DNA from: Angustibacter luteus
GTDB taxonomy: Bacteria > Actinomycetota > Actinomycetes > Actinomycetales > Angustibacteraceae
Direction of reading: 5' to 3'
NCBI RefSeq assembly: GCF_039541115.1
Contig: NZ_BAABFP010000002.1
Location: 806,001 to 870,000, forward strand
Length of the DNA: 64,000 nt
Every line of letters begins with the position of its first letter. The stretch's first letter is position 1. Below are positions 49,810-59,253 of the stretch, piece after piece. Made by a program: the position numbers and the translations under genes. A model generated the notes under the pieces. That model had not been told where the DNA came from. It searched no databases and saw only the letters and a program-made list of their open reading frames with translations.

Positions 49810-51152
49810 TCAGCTGCCCCGTGGTGGGCGCGGATCACCGCGGCGTACCAGTCGAACGACCTCTTCGGGGTGCGCACCAGCGTCTCGTAGTCGACGTGCA
49901 CCAGGCCGAACCGCTGGGTGTACCCGTGCGCCCACTCGAAGTTGTCCATCAGCGACCAGCAGTAGTAGCCACGGACGTCGACGCCGCGCTCGACCGCCTC
50001 CGCCACAGCCCGCAGGTGCGAGTCCAGGTAGTCGATCCGCGTCTGGTCGTCGACCTCGCCGTGCTCGTCCGGTCCCATGCCGTAGGAGCACCCGTTCTCG
50101 GTGATGATGATCGGCGGGATCGCCGGGTACCGCTCCTTCAGCTGTACCAGCAGGTCGGTGAAGGCCGCCGGCACCACCGGCCAGTCGAAGTCCGTGGTCG
50201 GGTAGCCGGGCACGGTGTCGACCTCGAACGGCAGCGGAGCACCCTCGGCGGCCGCCCGGACCCCCAGCGGGTTGTAGTAGTTCACCCCGTAGAAGTCGAG
50301 CGGCTGCGAGATGAGCGCCAGGTCGTCGGCGACGGGGCCGGGCATGGCCTCCCCGATGCCCTCGGGGTACTGGCCGAGCAGGACCGGGTCGGCGAACAGC
50401 CGGTTCCAGAGGGTGTCCATCAGGGTGGCCGCCGCTCGGTCGGGCTCACTCTCGGACAGCGGCCAGACCGGCAGGTGGTTCGTCGCAGTCCCGATCTCGC
50501 GGACGCCGGCCGCCCGCAACGCCTGGACGGCCAGCCCGTGAGCCAGCAGGACGTGGTGCGCCACCGGCAGGGCACCGAAGGTGAGCGCCTTGCCCGGCGC
50601 GAGGGTGCCCTCGCCGTAGCCGTTGAGCGTGACGACGTTCGGTTCGTTGACCGGGCACCAGTGGGTCACCCGGTCCCCCAGCAGGTCACCCATGATGGCG
50701 GCGTACTCGCCGAGCCGGAGTGCGGTGTCGCGGTTGAGCCAGCCCCCGTCGTCCTCCAACGCCTGCGGCAGGTCCCAGTGGTAGAGCGTGGCCATCGGCT
50801 TGACGCCGGCGTCGAGCAACGCGTCGACGAGCCGGTCGTAGAAGTCCAGGCCGGCCTGGTTCGTGACGCCCCGGCCGGTCGGCTGGATGCGTGGCCACGC
50901 GATCGAGAAGCGGTAGCCGTCCAGGCCCAGCCGTCGCATCAGCTCCACGTCCTGCGGCCACCGGTGGTAGTGGTCGCAGGCCACGTCTCCGGTACTGCCA
51001 TCGAGGATCCGGCCGGGCTCGGCGGCGAACGTGTCCCAGATGCTCTGGCCCTTGCCGTCCTCGGTCGCCGCCCCTTCGATCTGGTACGAGGCGGTGCTGA
51101 CACCGAACAGGAAGTGCGCCGGCAGGGCGGGTCTGGGCGGGTTGGTCTCCAT
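49806..51152 (-). CDS. GH1 beta-glucosidase
   Basis: STASYQIEG, YRFSIAWPRI, NEP, ITENG, WSLMDNFEW. Confidence 0.96.
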   Translation of the reverse strand: METNPPRPALPAHFLFGVSTASYQIEGAATEDGKGQSIWDTFAAEPGRILDGSTGDVACDHYHRWPQDVELMRRLGLDGYRFSIAWPRIQPTGRGVTNQAGLDFYDRLVDALLDAGVKPMATLYHWDLPQALEDDGGWLNRDTALRLGEYAAIMGDLLGDRVTHWCPVNEPNVVTLNGYGEGTLAPGKALTFGALPVAHHVLLAHGLAVQALRAAGVREIGTATNHLPVWPLSESEPDRAAATLMDTLWNRLFADPVLLGQYPEGIGEAMPGPVADDLALISQPLDFYGVNYYNPLGVRAAAEGAPLPFEVDTVPGYPTTDFDWPVVPAAFTDLLVQLKERYPAIPPIIITENGCSYGMGPDEHGEVDDQTRIDYLDSHLRAVAEAVERGVDVRGYYCWSLMDNFEWAHGYTQRFGLVHVDYETLVRTPKRSFDWYAAVIRAHHGAAE

Positions 51153-51245
51153 GCTGCGGCTCCTCGACGCGGTCCGGCGGCGTGCGTGTGCCTGCACCCA
51201 ATCACGAGTGGTGCCTCAGGCACGAGACCTTGTCACATCCGCTGC

Positions 51246-51656
51246 TCAGATGAGAGCGACGACCGAGACCAGGGTGAGCGCCACTGCGGCCAGAGCGAGG
51301 ATGGCGCCCACGACGGCGCCGATGCCGGCCGGGCTGGACTGACCCTCCAGGACCACCCAGGTCGGCTCCTGCGGGTCGTACCAGAGGTTCACCTGCTGGC
51401 CCGGCTCGAACCGGTGCGCAGCGGACGCCGACTGCGACGTCGCCTGCACCACGCGCCCTTCCGCGGTGGTGAACCCGACGGTGCACGCGGCCTGCCGCGC
51501 GCTGTCGCGGTCGATCTCGGCGACGACGCCGCTGGCCATCGTGGCGCCGCGCAACCGCACCGCCGACCGGCGCGCGTCCCGCAGGCAGAGCACGGCACCG
51601 AACGCGAAGCTCAGGGCGAGCAAGGGCGCCAGCACCTGGACGAAGGCGAGGTTCAC
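51246..51656 (-). CDS. DUF3592-like membrane protein
   Basis: N- and C-terminal TM helices; GQQVNLWYDPQEP. Confidence 0.7.
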   Translation of the reverse strand: MNLAFVQVLAPLLALSFAFGAVLCLRDARRSAVRLRGATMASGVVAEIDRDSARQAACTVGFTTAEGRVVQATSQSASAAHRFEPGQQVNLWYDPQEPTWVVLEGQSSPAGIGAVVGAILALAAVALTLVSVVALI

Positions 51657-51684
51657 GGCCAGCAGGCTACGCGAGCCCTAGCCT

Positions 51685-52956
51685 GTGCCTGTGCTCACCG
51701 GTCGCCGTCCTCCTGCCCTCGTGGCGGCGCTCGCCTGCACGGCCTTCGCCCTCGCGGCGTGCAGCGACGACAGCACACGGGCCGAGCCCTCCGGGGTGAG
51801 CGCGGGCCCGTCGGGCGCACCGTCCAGCTCGGCACCGTCCAGCCCAGCACCGTCCAGCTCGGCACCGTCCAGCTCGGCGACGGGGACGCCGGGTACAGCC
51901 GCCGGGCAGCCGGCCTGCCCGGGTGACGCCTGCGTGACCCTCGTGATGACCGGCGACGTCCTGCTGCACCCTCCGCTGTGGGACCAGGCGCGCGCCGACG
52001 CCAAGGCCCTGTCGTCGTCGTCCGCCTTCGACTTCCGTCCGCTGCTGGCCGGGCAGAAGGCGATCGTCTCCGGGGCGGACGTCGCCCTGTGCCACCTGGA
52101 GACGCCGCTGGCGCGCGAGGGCGGCCCGTACCGGGGTTACCCGAGCTTCACGGTGCCGCCCGAGATCGCGCCGGCACTGGTGGACACGGGGTACGACGCG
52201 TGCAGCACGGCCAGCAACCACACGATGGACGCCGGCACCGCCGGCATCGACCGGACGCTGGACACGCTCGACGCGGACCACCTGCGGCACACCGGCTCCG
52301 CCCGCTCGGCCGCCGAGGCCCGCACGATCCTGACGTTCGACGTGCGCGGCACGACGGTGGCGATGCTGTCCTATGCCTACGGGCTCAACGGGCGCAGCAA
52401 TCCGGCTGGCGAGCCGTGGCACGTCAACATCATCGACCCGGCGAGGATCCTCGCCGACGCGCACCGCGCCAAGGCCGGCGGCGCCGACGTCGTGGTGGTC
52501 GCGCTGCACTGGGGCACCGAGTACGTGCACCCGCCGACGGCGCAGCAGCGCGCGCTGGCCGACCGGCTGACCGCGAGCAAGGACGTCGACGTCGTGTACG
52601 GCCACCACGCCCACGTCGTGCAGCCGGTGGCCAAGGTGCACGGCAAGTGGGTGGTCTACGGACTGGGCAACACCGTTGCGGCACACAGCGTCCGGCGGCT
52701 GGACAACCGCGAAGGACTGCTGGTCCGGGTGCAGCTCGTGCACTCCGGCGGCCGGTGGCGCAGTGGCCGGCTCGACTGGGTGCCGTCGTACGTGGCCGAG
52801 TCGCCGTACCGCTGGGTCGACCTCACGAAGGCCCTCCGGGACGGGGGGCTCTCGGCTTCCACCCGCGCCGTCTACGCCAACTCGGCCAAGCGGATCGAGG
52901 GGGTCGTGGACAGCCTCGGCGCAGCCGACGACGGCGCCCACCTGCTCGATCCCTGA
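51685..52956 (+). CDS. CapA-family lipoprotein (metallophosphatase fold)
   Basis: Lipobox LAAC; GDVLLH, CHLETP, ASNH..D, LHWGTEY, GHHAH, YGLGN. Confidence 0.92.
   Translation: MPVLTGRRPPALVAALACTAFALAACSDDSTRAEPSGVSAGPSGAPSSSAPSSPAPSSSAPSSSATGTPGTAAGQPACPGDACVTLVMTGDVLLHPPLWDQARADAKALSSSSAFDFRPLLAGQKAIVSGADVALCHLETPLAREGGPYRGYPSFTVPPEIAPALVDTGYDACSTASNHTMDAGTAGIDRTLDTLDADHLRHTGSARSAAEARTILTFDVRGTTVAMLSYAYGLNGRSNPAGEPWHVNIIDPARILADAHRAKAGGADVVVVALHWGTEYVHPPTAQQRALADRLTASKDVDVVYGHHAHVVQPVAKVHGKWVVYGLGNTVAAHSVRRLDNREGLLVRVQLVHSGGRWRSGRLDWVPSYVAESPYRWVDLTKALRDGGLSASTRAVYANSAKRIEGVVDSLGAADDGAHLLDP
51817..51876 (+). repeat. Four 15-bp tandem repeats in the lipoprotein linker
   Basis: gcaccgtccagctcg x3 plus gcaccgtccagccca. 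Confidence 0.8.
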
Positions 52957-52972
52957 GCAGGTGGGCGGCGCG

Positions 52973-53965
52973 TCAGGCGATGCGCCGGACCTGCCGGAAG
53001 GCCAGCAGCAGCAGGCCCGCGGCGAGGGCGACGAAGATCCCCGTCTCGATGCCCTGGAAGAGCCAGTACCGGCTGGCCGGCTGGTAGGAGAGCCAGTTGT
53101 AGGCGCCCTTGCCGATCCCCAGCGGGGTACCGCAGCCGCCGCCGTCCGGGCCGGCCGCGCCCACGGGGCACCGGATCTCTGCCCCCGGCGCGATCAGCTT
53201 GCCTGCGACGTCCCGGATGCCACGGGCCAGGATCCAGTCCTCGGGCGACGTCTGCGAGAGCCTCCCTGGGCCCTCGAGCGGGTACGTGAGCGTCTTGGCG
53301 GGCAGGTAGCGCGGTCGTGCCAGCGCCGTCAGCAGCAGCCGTACGACCACGAACGCGGCGAGGGTCACGGCCATGGCCGGCAGGACCCGCCGCCACAGCG
53401 TGCCGACGAAGATGCCGAGCGCGACCGCGAACAGCGTGTAGCCCACCGGGGCGATGCCGGACATGTCGAACAGGAACTGCTGGAAGCGGCTCTGCTCCCC
53501 GACGGAGGTCAGCGGCTGCAGCCACCACGACATCCCCAGCCCGTAGGCGAGTCCGACGACGACCGCCAGACCGCCGACCGCGCCGAACTTGACCGCCGCC
53601 CAGCGGGTGCGGCTGATGCCCTGGGTCCAGACCAGCCGATGCGTGCCGTGCTCCACCTCGCGCGCCACCAGCGGGGACCCCCAGAACAGGCCGATCAGCA
53701 GCGGCAGGAGCAGCAGCAGGATGCCGATGAACATCATCGAGCTGTACCGGTTGGTGAACTGGTCCATCGCGTAGTGGCAGCCGTCCACCTTCGCCTGCGC
53801 GGTGCTCGGGTCGGCCATCTGCTTCAGGCAGGCACCGAGGCCCTTGCCGGTGTACGCGGAGTGCATGGCCAGGCCGGTCGGCAGCATCAGGGCGGCCAGG
53901 ACCACCAGGCCGATCCCGGTGAACAGGGCCTGCTTGCGGTGCTGCCGCCACGCGAGCCAGATCAT
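52973..53965 (-). CDS. ABC transporter permease
   Basis: PLVAREVEHGTHRLVWTQG, YQPASRYW.FQ.IE. Confidence 0.9.
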   Translation of the reverse strand: MIWLAWRQHRKQALFTGIGLVVLAALMLPTGLAMHSAYTGKGLGACLKQMADPSTAQAKVDGCHYAMDQFTNRYSSMMFIGILLLLLPLLIGLFWGSPLVAREVEHGTHRLVWTQGISRTRWAAVKFGAVGGLAVVVGLAYGLGMSWWLQPLTSVGEQSRFQQFLFDMSGIAPVGYTLFAVALGIFVGTLWRRVLPAMAVTLAAFVVVRLLLTALARPRYLPAKTLTYPLEGPGRLSQTSPEDWILARGIRDVAGKLIAPGAEIRCPVGAAGPDGGGCGTPLGIGKGAYNWLSYQPASRYWLFQGIETGIFVALAAGLLLLAFRQVRRIA

Positions 53966-54876
53966 GCCGTCACCCCCCACGCCTCGTGGCTGCCCTGGGT
54001 CTGACCGTCGGCCAGGTACGCCAGGATCAGGTCCTCCAGCGGGATGTCGTGTGCGGCCCAGGCCGGGTCGAGCGGCGTCCCGTCGGTGCGCACCAGCAGA
54101 GTGGACTGGCGGTCGGTGTGGCTGGCCCGGACGACGTCCGCGACTCCCGCGATCGGCTGCCCGTCGTGCCGGGGACCGACCAGCTGGCAGTGCTCGGCGA
54201 CCAGGTCGTCGACGGCGCCGACCAGGCGGACCTTGGCCCGGTTGAGCACGATCAGGTAGTCACAGACCCGCTCCAGGTCGGCCAGCAGGTGCGACGACAG
54301 CAGCACCGTGGTGCCCGTGTCGGCGACGCTGCCCATCAGGGCCTGCAGGAACTCCCTGCGCGCCAACGGGTCCAGGCTGGCCACCGGCTCGTCGAGCAGC
54401 AGCAGGCGGGGCCGCTTGGCGAGCGCGAGCGCCAGGGCCACCTGCGCGCGCTGGCCGCCCGACAGCTGGCCGACGGGCTTGTCCGGCGGGATACCGAGCT
54501 GCGCGAGTCTCGTGCGAGCCAGGACGTCGTCCCAGGTCTTGTTCAGCTTGCTGCCCATGGTGATCAGCTCGGCCGCGCTGAAGTCCGCGTACAAGGGGGT
54601 GTCCTGCGCGACGAAGCCGATCTGGCTGAGCACGCCGGTGTTCGCCCACGGCGACTCACCGAAGATCCGCACGTCACCGGCATCCGGGCGGAGCAACCCG
54701 ACCGACAGGTGCAGGAGCGTGCTCTTCCCTGCCCCGTTCGGCCCGACCAGGGCGGCGATGCGCCCCTCGGGCAGGTGTAGCGAGCAGTCCTGGAGCGCCC
54801 AGGTGTCGCCGTAGCGCTTGCCGAGCTGGTCGGTCTCCAACGCCAGGGGTGTCTGTGGTGCTGCTGAGCCGTTCAC
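53962..54876 (-). CDS. ABC transporter ATP-binding protein
   Basis: GPNGAGKST, LSGGQ, LLDEP, SSH. Confidence 0.95.
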   Translation of the reverse strand: MNGSAAPQTPLALETDQLGKRYGDTWALQDCSLHLPEGRIAALVGPNGAGKSTLLHLSVGLLRPDAGDVRIFGESPWANTGVLSQIGFVAQDTPLYADFSAAELITMGSKLNKTWDDVLARTRLAQLGIPPDKPVGQLSGGQRAQVALALALAKRPRLLLLDEPVASLDPLARREFLQALMGSVADTGTTVLLSSHLLADLERVCDYLIVLNRAKVRLVGAVDDLVAEHCQLVGPRHDGQPIAGVADVVRASHTDRQSTLLVRTDGTPLDPAWAAHDIPLEDLILAYLADGQTQGSHEAWGVTA

Positions 54877-55280
54877 GCGTCCTCCTCGTGCGGCGAGCCA
54901 TCGGTGAGGGTGGCTCGGATTGTGGTGTCGATGAGCGCGACGACGTCCTCGTGAGCGAGGCCGGCCGCTTGCGCCTGGCCGAGCCACGCGACGAGGTCCT
55001 CGCGCAGCTCGGCCTGGTTGACCAGGGACGGTCCGGCCAGGGTGCGGCGGACGAACGTGCCCACCCCCGGCTTGCCCTCGGCCAGACCCTCGAGCTCCAG
55101 CTCGCGGTAGGCCTTCAGGACCGTGTTCGGGTTGATCGCCAACGACTGCGCGACGTCCCGGACCTTCGGCAGCTGGTCCCCCGGCTCGAGCAGACCCACG
55201 CGTAGAGCCTGCTTCACCTGCTGGACCAGCTGCATGTAGGTGTTGACCTTCGACCGGCCATCCAGGACGAACTCGATCAC
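54873..55280 (-). CDS. GntR-family regulator (YtrA subfamily)
   Basis: LPKVR...INPNTVLKAYRELE..G...GVGTFV; heads the ABC operon. Confidence 0.93.
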   Translation of the reverse strand: MIEFVLDGRSKVNTYMQLVQQVKQALRVGLLEPGDQLPKVRDVAQSLAINPNTVLKAYRELELEGLAEGKPGVGTFVRRTLAGPSLVNQAELREDLVAWLGQAQAAGLAHEDVVALIDTTIRATLTDGSPHEEDA

Positions 55281-55295
55281 CGGTCACCTCCCTGT

Positions 55296-55315
55296 TGTCT
55301 TACGACAATAAGACA
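55296..55315. promoter_or_regulatory. Inverted repeat TGTCTTA-N6-TAAGACA; putative GntR/YtrA operator
   Basis: AT-rich palindrome 15 nt upstream of the GntR start. Confidence 0.7.
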
Positions 55316-55384
55316 GGATGGAGGCGACGCCGTCAAGCCCCTCGTGGACGCCGGACTGTCGGACCTCTCTGGTCTGCTCGGACG

Positions 55385-55810
55385 GTGCGCAGGTACTGGG
55401 TCAACACCGTCAGTCGGGACCACGTGCTGATCGGGGTCGAGGGGGGCTTCACCCAGGCCGACCACGGGAGGTCCACCCGGCTGCACCGACTCAGCCGCGG
55501 CGACGTCCTGGTGTTCTACTCCCCGCGGACGGCGATGGGGTCCGGCGATCCGGTGCAGTGCTTCACGGCCATCGGGGTGGTCGCGGACGACGAGCCGTAC
55601 CAGGTGGAGATGAGCGAGACCTTCCACCCGTGGCGTCGCCGACTCGACGTGCTGCCCTCCCACGAAGCGGCAGCCAAGCCCCTGGTCGAGCAGCTCAGCT
55701 TCGTCGCCGATCCCCAGCGCTGGGGACTGCCGTTCCGCCGCGGGCTCTTCGAGGTGCCGGCGGCGGACCTGGCCGCCATCGCCCACGCCATGGGCGCCGA
55801 GCTCCCCTGA
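55385..55810 (+). CDS. EVE domain protein
   Basis: YWVNTVSRDHV..G...GF.Q..HG, GD.LVFYSP, FTAIG, FRRGLFE. Confidence 0.85.
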   Translation: MRRYWVNTVSRDHVLIGVEGGFTQADHGRSTRLHRLSRGDVLVFYSPRTAMGSGDPVQCFTAIGVVADDEPYQVEMSETFHPWRRRLDVLPSHEAAAKPLVEQLSFVADPQRWGLPFRRGLFEVPAADLAAIAHAMGAELP

Positions 55811-55813
55811 TCC

Positions 55814-57193
55814 CTACTGCGACACCGCCGGCAGCTTCGTGAGCGCCTCCGCGACGGCGGCCTGGTCGGCGTCCGTCCACTCGCGGTCCGACATGGCGCC
55901 GGACAGGTAGGCGTCGTACGCCGGCAGGTCCAGGTGGCCGTGCCCGCACAGTGCGGTCAGGATGACCTTCTCCTCCCCGGACTCCTTGCAGCGCAACGCC
56001 TCCTCGATCGCGGCCGCCAGCGCGTGCGTCGGCTCCGGTGCCGGCACGTTCCCCTCGGTGCGCGCGAACAGCACGCCCGCCGCGAAGCACTCCGACTGCG
56101 TCTTCGCGATCGCCTCCAGCTCGCCCTCCTCGTAGAGGTGGCTGATCAGCGGGCTCATGCCGTGGTACCGCAGGCCACCGGCGTGGATCGGGTCCGGGAT
56201 GAAGTCGTGGCCGAGTGTGTGCATCTTCATCAGCGGGGTCATGCCCGCCGTGTCGCCGAAGTCGTAGGCGTAGGTGCCCTGGGTGAGCGACGGGCAGGCC
56301 GCCGGCTCGACCGCACGAACGACCGGACTCATCCGGCCCGCCCACTTCTCGCGCAGGAACGGGAACGCCAGGCCACCGAAGTTCGACCCTCCCCCGGTGC
56401 AGCCGACCAGCAGGTCCGGCGTCTCGCCGACCTTCGCCAGCTGCAGCAACGCCTCCTCGCCGATGATCGTCTGGTGCAGCAGCACGTGGTTCAGCACGCT
56501 GCCCAGCGCGTAGTTCGTGTCGGCGTTCTGCGCGGCCACCTCGACCGCCTCGCTGATCGCGATGCCCAGTGAGCCGGTCGAGTCCGGGTGCTCGGCCAGG
56601 ATGGCGCGGCCGGCGTTCGTCAGGTCGGACGGGCTGGGGTGCACGCGGCCACCGAAGGTCTCGATCATCATCCGGCGGTAGGGCTTCTGGTCGTAGGACG
56701 CCCGCACCTGCCAGACCTCGCACTCCATGCCGAACTGCGCGCAGGCGAACGCCAGCGCCGTCCCCCACTGACCGGCGCCGGTCTCCGTGGTGAGCTTGCG
56801 GATCCCGGCCTTGAGGTTGTAGAACGCCTGCGGCACAGCAGTGTTGGGCTTGTGCGATCCGGCCGGCGAGACGCCCTCGTACTTGTAGTAGATGCGCGCC
56901 GGCGTGCCCAGCGCCTGCTCCAGCCGGTGTGCTCGGAACAGCGGGCTCGGGCGCCACAGCCGGTAGACGTCGAGCACCTCCTCGGGGATGTCGACGTACT
57001 GCTCGCCCGAGACCTCCTGGAGGATCAGGTCCATCGGGAACAGCGGGGCCAGGTCGTCCGGGCCGACGGGCTGCCCGGTGCCCGGGTGCAGCACCGGCGG
57101 CGGCGGGGTAGGCAGGTCGTGCAGCACGTTGTACCAACGCGTCGGCATCTCGTCCTCGGTGAGCAAGACCTTGTGCTGCAGCGGTGCTGCCAT
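55814..57193 (-). CDS. trpB2: TrpB2-type (stand-alone TrpB-like) PLP enzyme
   Basis: [42 protein letters not shown]. Confidence 0.92.
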   Translation of the reverse strand: MAAPLQHKVLLTEDEMPTRWYNVLHDLPTPPPPVLHPGTGQPVGPDDLAPLFPMDLILQEVSGEQYVDIPEEVLDVYRLWRPSPLFRAHRLEQALGTPARIYYKYEGVSPAGSHKPNTAVPQAFYNLKAGIRKLTTETGAGQWGTALAFACAQFGMECEVWQVRASYDQKPYRRMMIETFGGRVHPSPSDLTNAGRAILAEHPDSTGSLGIAISEAVEVAAQNADTNYALGSVLNHVLLHQTIIGEEALLQLAKVGETPDLLVGCTGGGSNFGGLAFPFLREKWAGRMSPVVRAVEPAACPSLTQGTYAYDFGDTAGMTPLMKMHTLGHDFIPDPIHAGGLRYHGMSPLISHLYEEGELEAIAKTQSECFAAGVLFARTEGNVPAPEPTHALAAAIEEALRCKESGEEKVILTALCGHGHLDLPAYDAYLSGAMSDREWTDADQAAVAEALTKLPAVSQ

Positions 57194-57342
57194 GGTGCGC
57201 CCCGTTCCCGTTCGCCCCTGCCCGGCCGCCACCGGCCGGTGCGCGAAGGCTACTCCGGTCGCCGAACTCGAGGCCCGGCGCTAGCGTTCCTCCCGCATCG
57301 CGACGAATGTCCCGATGCGTCCACTTCTGAAGGGGAGAGCAC

Positions 57343-57801
57343 ATGACGCGAACGATCTTCAGAGCGACCCTTGCGCTGATGCTGGCGCTGACAGCCGCGA
57401 CCGGGCTGGCCACCTCGGCGCAGGCCGCGAACTTCCCGCACGACGGCAACTTCGCCCGTGAGGACGGCTGTCGCGCGGATCAGCAGGTCATCTACCACAC
57501 GGTGATCTACCAGGGCTCGACCGCTGTCGGCTACATCGACCTCATGTACTCGGTGCACTGCCACAGCGCCTGGGGACACGTGCACGGAACTCGCACCGTG
57601 CAGAACCAGACCTGGGTGCCGCACGGCTACATCCACCGCAACTACGACGGCAAGCAGTACCAGTGCACGACCGCCGAGGGGGCGCAGGACTGCTACACCC
57701 CGATGGTCTACGACCTGAACATGACGTCCTACGCCAAGGGGATCATCGACCCCAACGGCGCCGCCGGTACCGAGTTCACGGCTCGAACGCCGAGCTACTG
57801 A
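57343..57801 (+). CDS. Secreted DUF2690-like protein
   Basis: Signal peptide ending AQA; LMYSVHCHSAW, YTPMVYD; four Cys. Confidence 0.75.
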   Translation: MTRTIFRATLALMLALTAATGLATSAQAANFPHDGNFAREDGCRADQQVIYHTVIYQGSTAVGYIDLMYSVHCHSAWGHVHGTRTVQNQTWVPHGYIHRNYDGKQYQCTTAEGAQDCYTPMVYDLNMTSYAKGIIDPNGAAGTEFTARTPSY

Positions 57802-57867
57802 CAGCTCCCGCGACCGCTCGGCGCTGCTCACGATCGACGGGGCGGCGCCGAGCGCTAGCGTCTGTCC

Positions 57868-58632
57868 ATGAGCTTCGCCGACCTGCACCACGCCGACCTG
57901 CCGCTCCTGCTTCCCAACGCGTGGGACGTTCCGTCCGCACTGGCCTTCGTCGAGGCCGGGTTCGAGGCCATCGGCACGACGAGCTTCGGCGTCGCCAGCT
58001 CCATCGGACGTCCGGACGGCGACCGGGCCACCCGCGATGCGAACCTCCGCCTGGCCCGACAGCTCGCCGACCTGGGGTGCTACGTGAGCATCGACATCGA
58101 GGACGGCTACTCCGAGGACGCCGATGAGGTCGCCGAGTACGTCGCGAACCTGCCGGCCGACGGGGTCAACCTCGAGGACAGCATCGAGGGCCACCTCGTC
58201 CCGCCAGACGTGCTTGCTGCAAAGATCTCGGCCGTCAAGATGCGGCGGCCCGAGCTGTTCGTGAACGCCCGGATCGACACCTACTGGTTCCGCGAGCTGG
58301 CCACCGTCGAGGAGACCGTGGCCCGAGCGGCGCGGTACGTCGAGGCCGGGGCAGACGGCGTCTTCGTGCCGCGGGCGAGCGACCCCGACCTGCTGCGCGA
58401 GCTGACCGCGAGGATCCCGGTGCCCCTCAACGTGCTGGCCATCCCCGGCACGTCGCTGCTCGACCTGGCTGCCCTCGGGGTCCGACGGGTCAGCACGGGG
58501 TCGTTGCCCTACCGCGCCGCGGTCCAGGCCGCCACGGACGCCGCGACCGCCGTGCGTGACCACCTGGCCGTACCAGCGTCGGTCGGCTACGACGACCTGC
58601 AGGCCAGGCTGGTCGAGTACGCCGGCCGCTGA
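57868..58632 (+). CDS. Isocitrate lyase/PEP mutase family protein
   Basis: LPNAWDVPSA, DIEDGY, NLED, NARID, AGADGVF. Confidence 0.9.
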   Translation: MSFADLHHADLPLLLPNAWDVPSALAFVEAGFEAIGTTSFGVASSIGRPDGDRATRDANLRLARQLADLGCYVSIDIEDGYSEDADEVAEYVANLPADGVNLEDSIEGHLVPPDVLAAKISAVKMRRPELFVNARIDTYWFRELATVEETVARAARYVEAGADGVFVPRASDPDLLRELTARIPVPLNVLAIPGTSLLDLAALGVRRVSTGSLPYRAAVQAATDAATAVRDHLAVPASVGYDDLQARLVEYAGR

Positions 58633-58639
58633 GCGCCGA

Positions 58640-59152
58640 TCAGAACAGCCGGTCCGTCCCGACCGGGGCCAGCCCCTCGAGCTCGAGCAGAAAGTGCTTG
58701 CGCGCCAACCCGCCCGCGTACCCGGTGAGCTTCCCGTCGCGTCCGACGACCCGGTGGCAGGGCACGACGATGGACAGCGGGTTGTGCCCCACGGCCCGGC
58801 CGACGATGCGCGCCAGGTTCCGGTCACCCAACGACTCGGCGATCTCGCCGTACGACATGGTCTCGCCGTAGGGGATCGCGGCCAGGACCTGCCAGACCCG
58901 CTGCTCGAAGCCGGTGCCGGTCGCGGCAGTCGGCAGGTCGAACGACGTGCGCTCACCGGCGAGGTACGCGACCAGCTGAGCGCGCGCCGTCCCGAGCAGG
59001 ACGTCGTCATCGGCGTCCACCTGCCTGCCGAACGCCGTCCGGTCGGGGTTCGTCCAGTGCTGCGGGTAGTAGAGGCCGACGACCGCGTCGCGGTCCGCGA
59101 CGATCGTGACCTCGCCGAACACGGTCTGCACGACCGCGTGCCGAGTGCTCAT
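58640..59152 (-). CDS. ogt: Methylated-DNA-protein-cysteine methyltransferase
   Basis: IPYGET.SYG, NPLSIVVPCHRVVG, GYAGG. Confidence 0.95.
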   Translation of the reverse strand: MSTRHAVVQTVFGEVTIVADRDAVVGLYYPQHWTNPDRTAFGRQVDADDDVLLGTARAQLVAYLAGERTSFDLPTAATGTGFEQRVWQVLAAIPYGETMSYGEIAESLGDRNLARIVGRAVGHNPLSIVVPCHRVVGRDGKLTGYAGGLARKHFLLELEGLAPVGTDRLF

Positions 59153-59253
59153 GCTGCTGACCTCCGTCGCCCGCCATTGTCCGTCACTCGGAGAACGCAG
59201 CGAGGCGCAGCCCTGTGAGGTCGCTCGCGGAACCGGCCCTGGCTGCGTGCGGG

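Noticed and set aside
51685..52956. Poly-gamma-glutamate capsule locus
   Set aside because: Only a solitary CapA-family gene is present, with no capB/capC.
4264..59152. DNA-repair 'cluster' (xth, pcrA, AlkZ-like, NUDIX, ogt)
   Set aside because: The genes are scattered over 55 kb among unrelated genes and no shared operator was seen.
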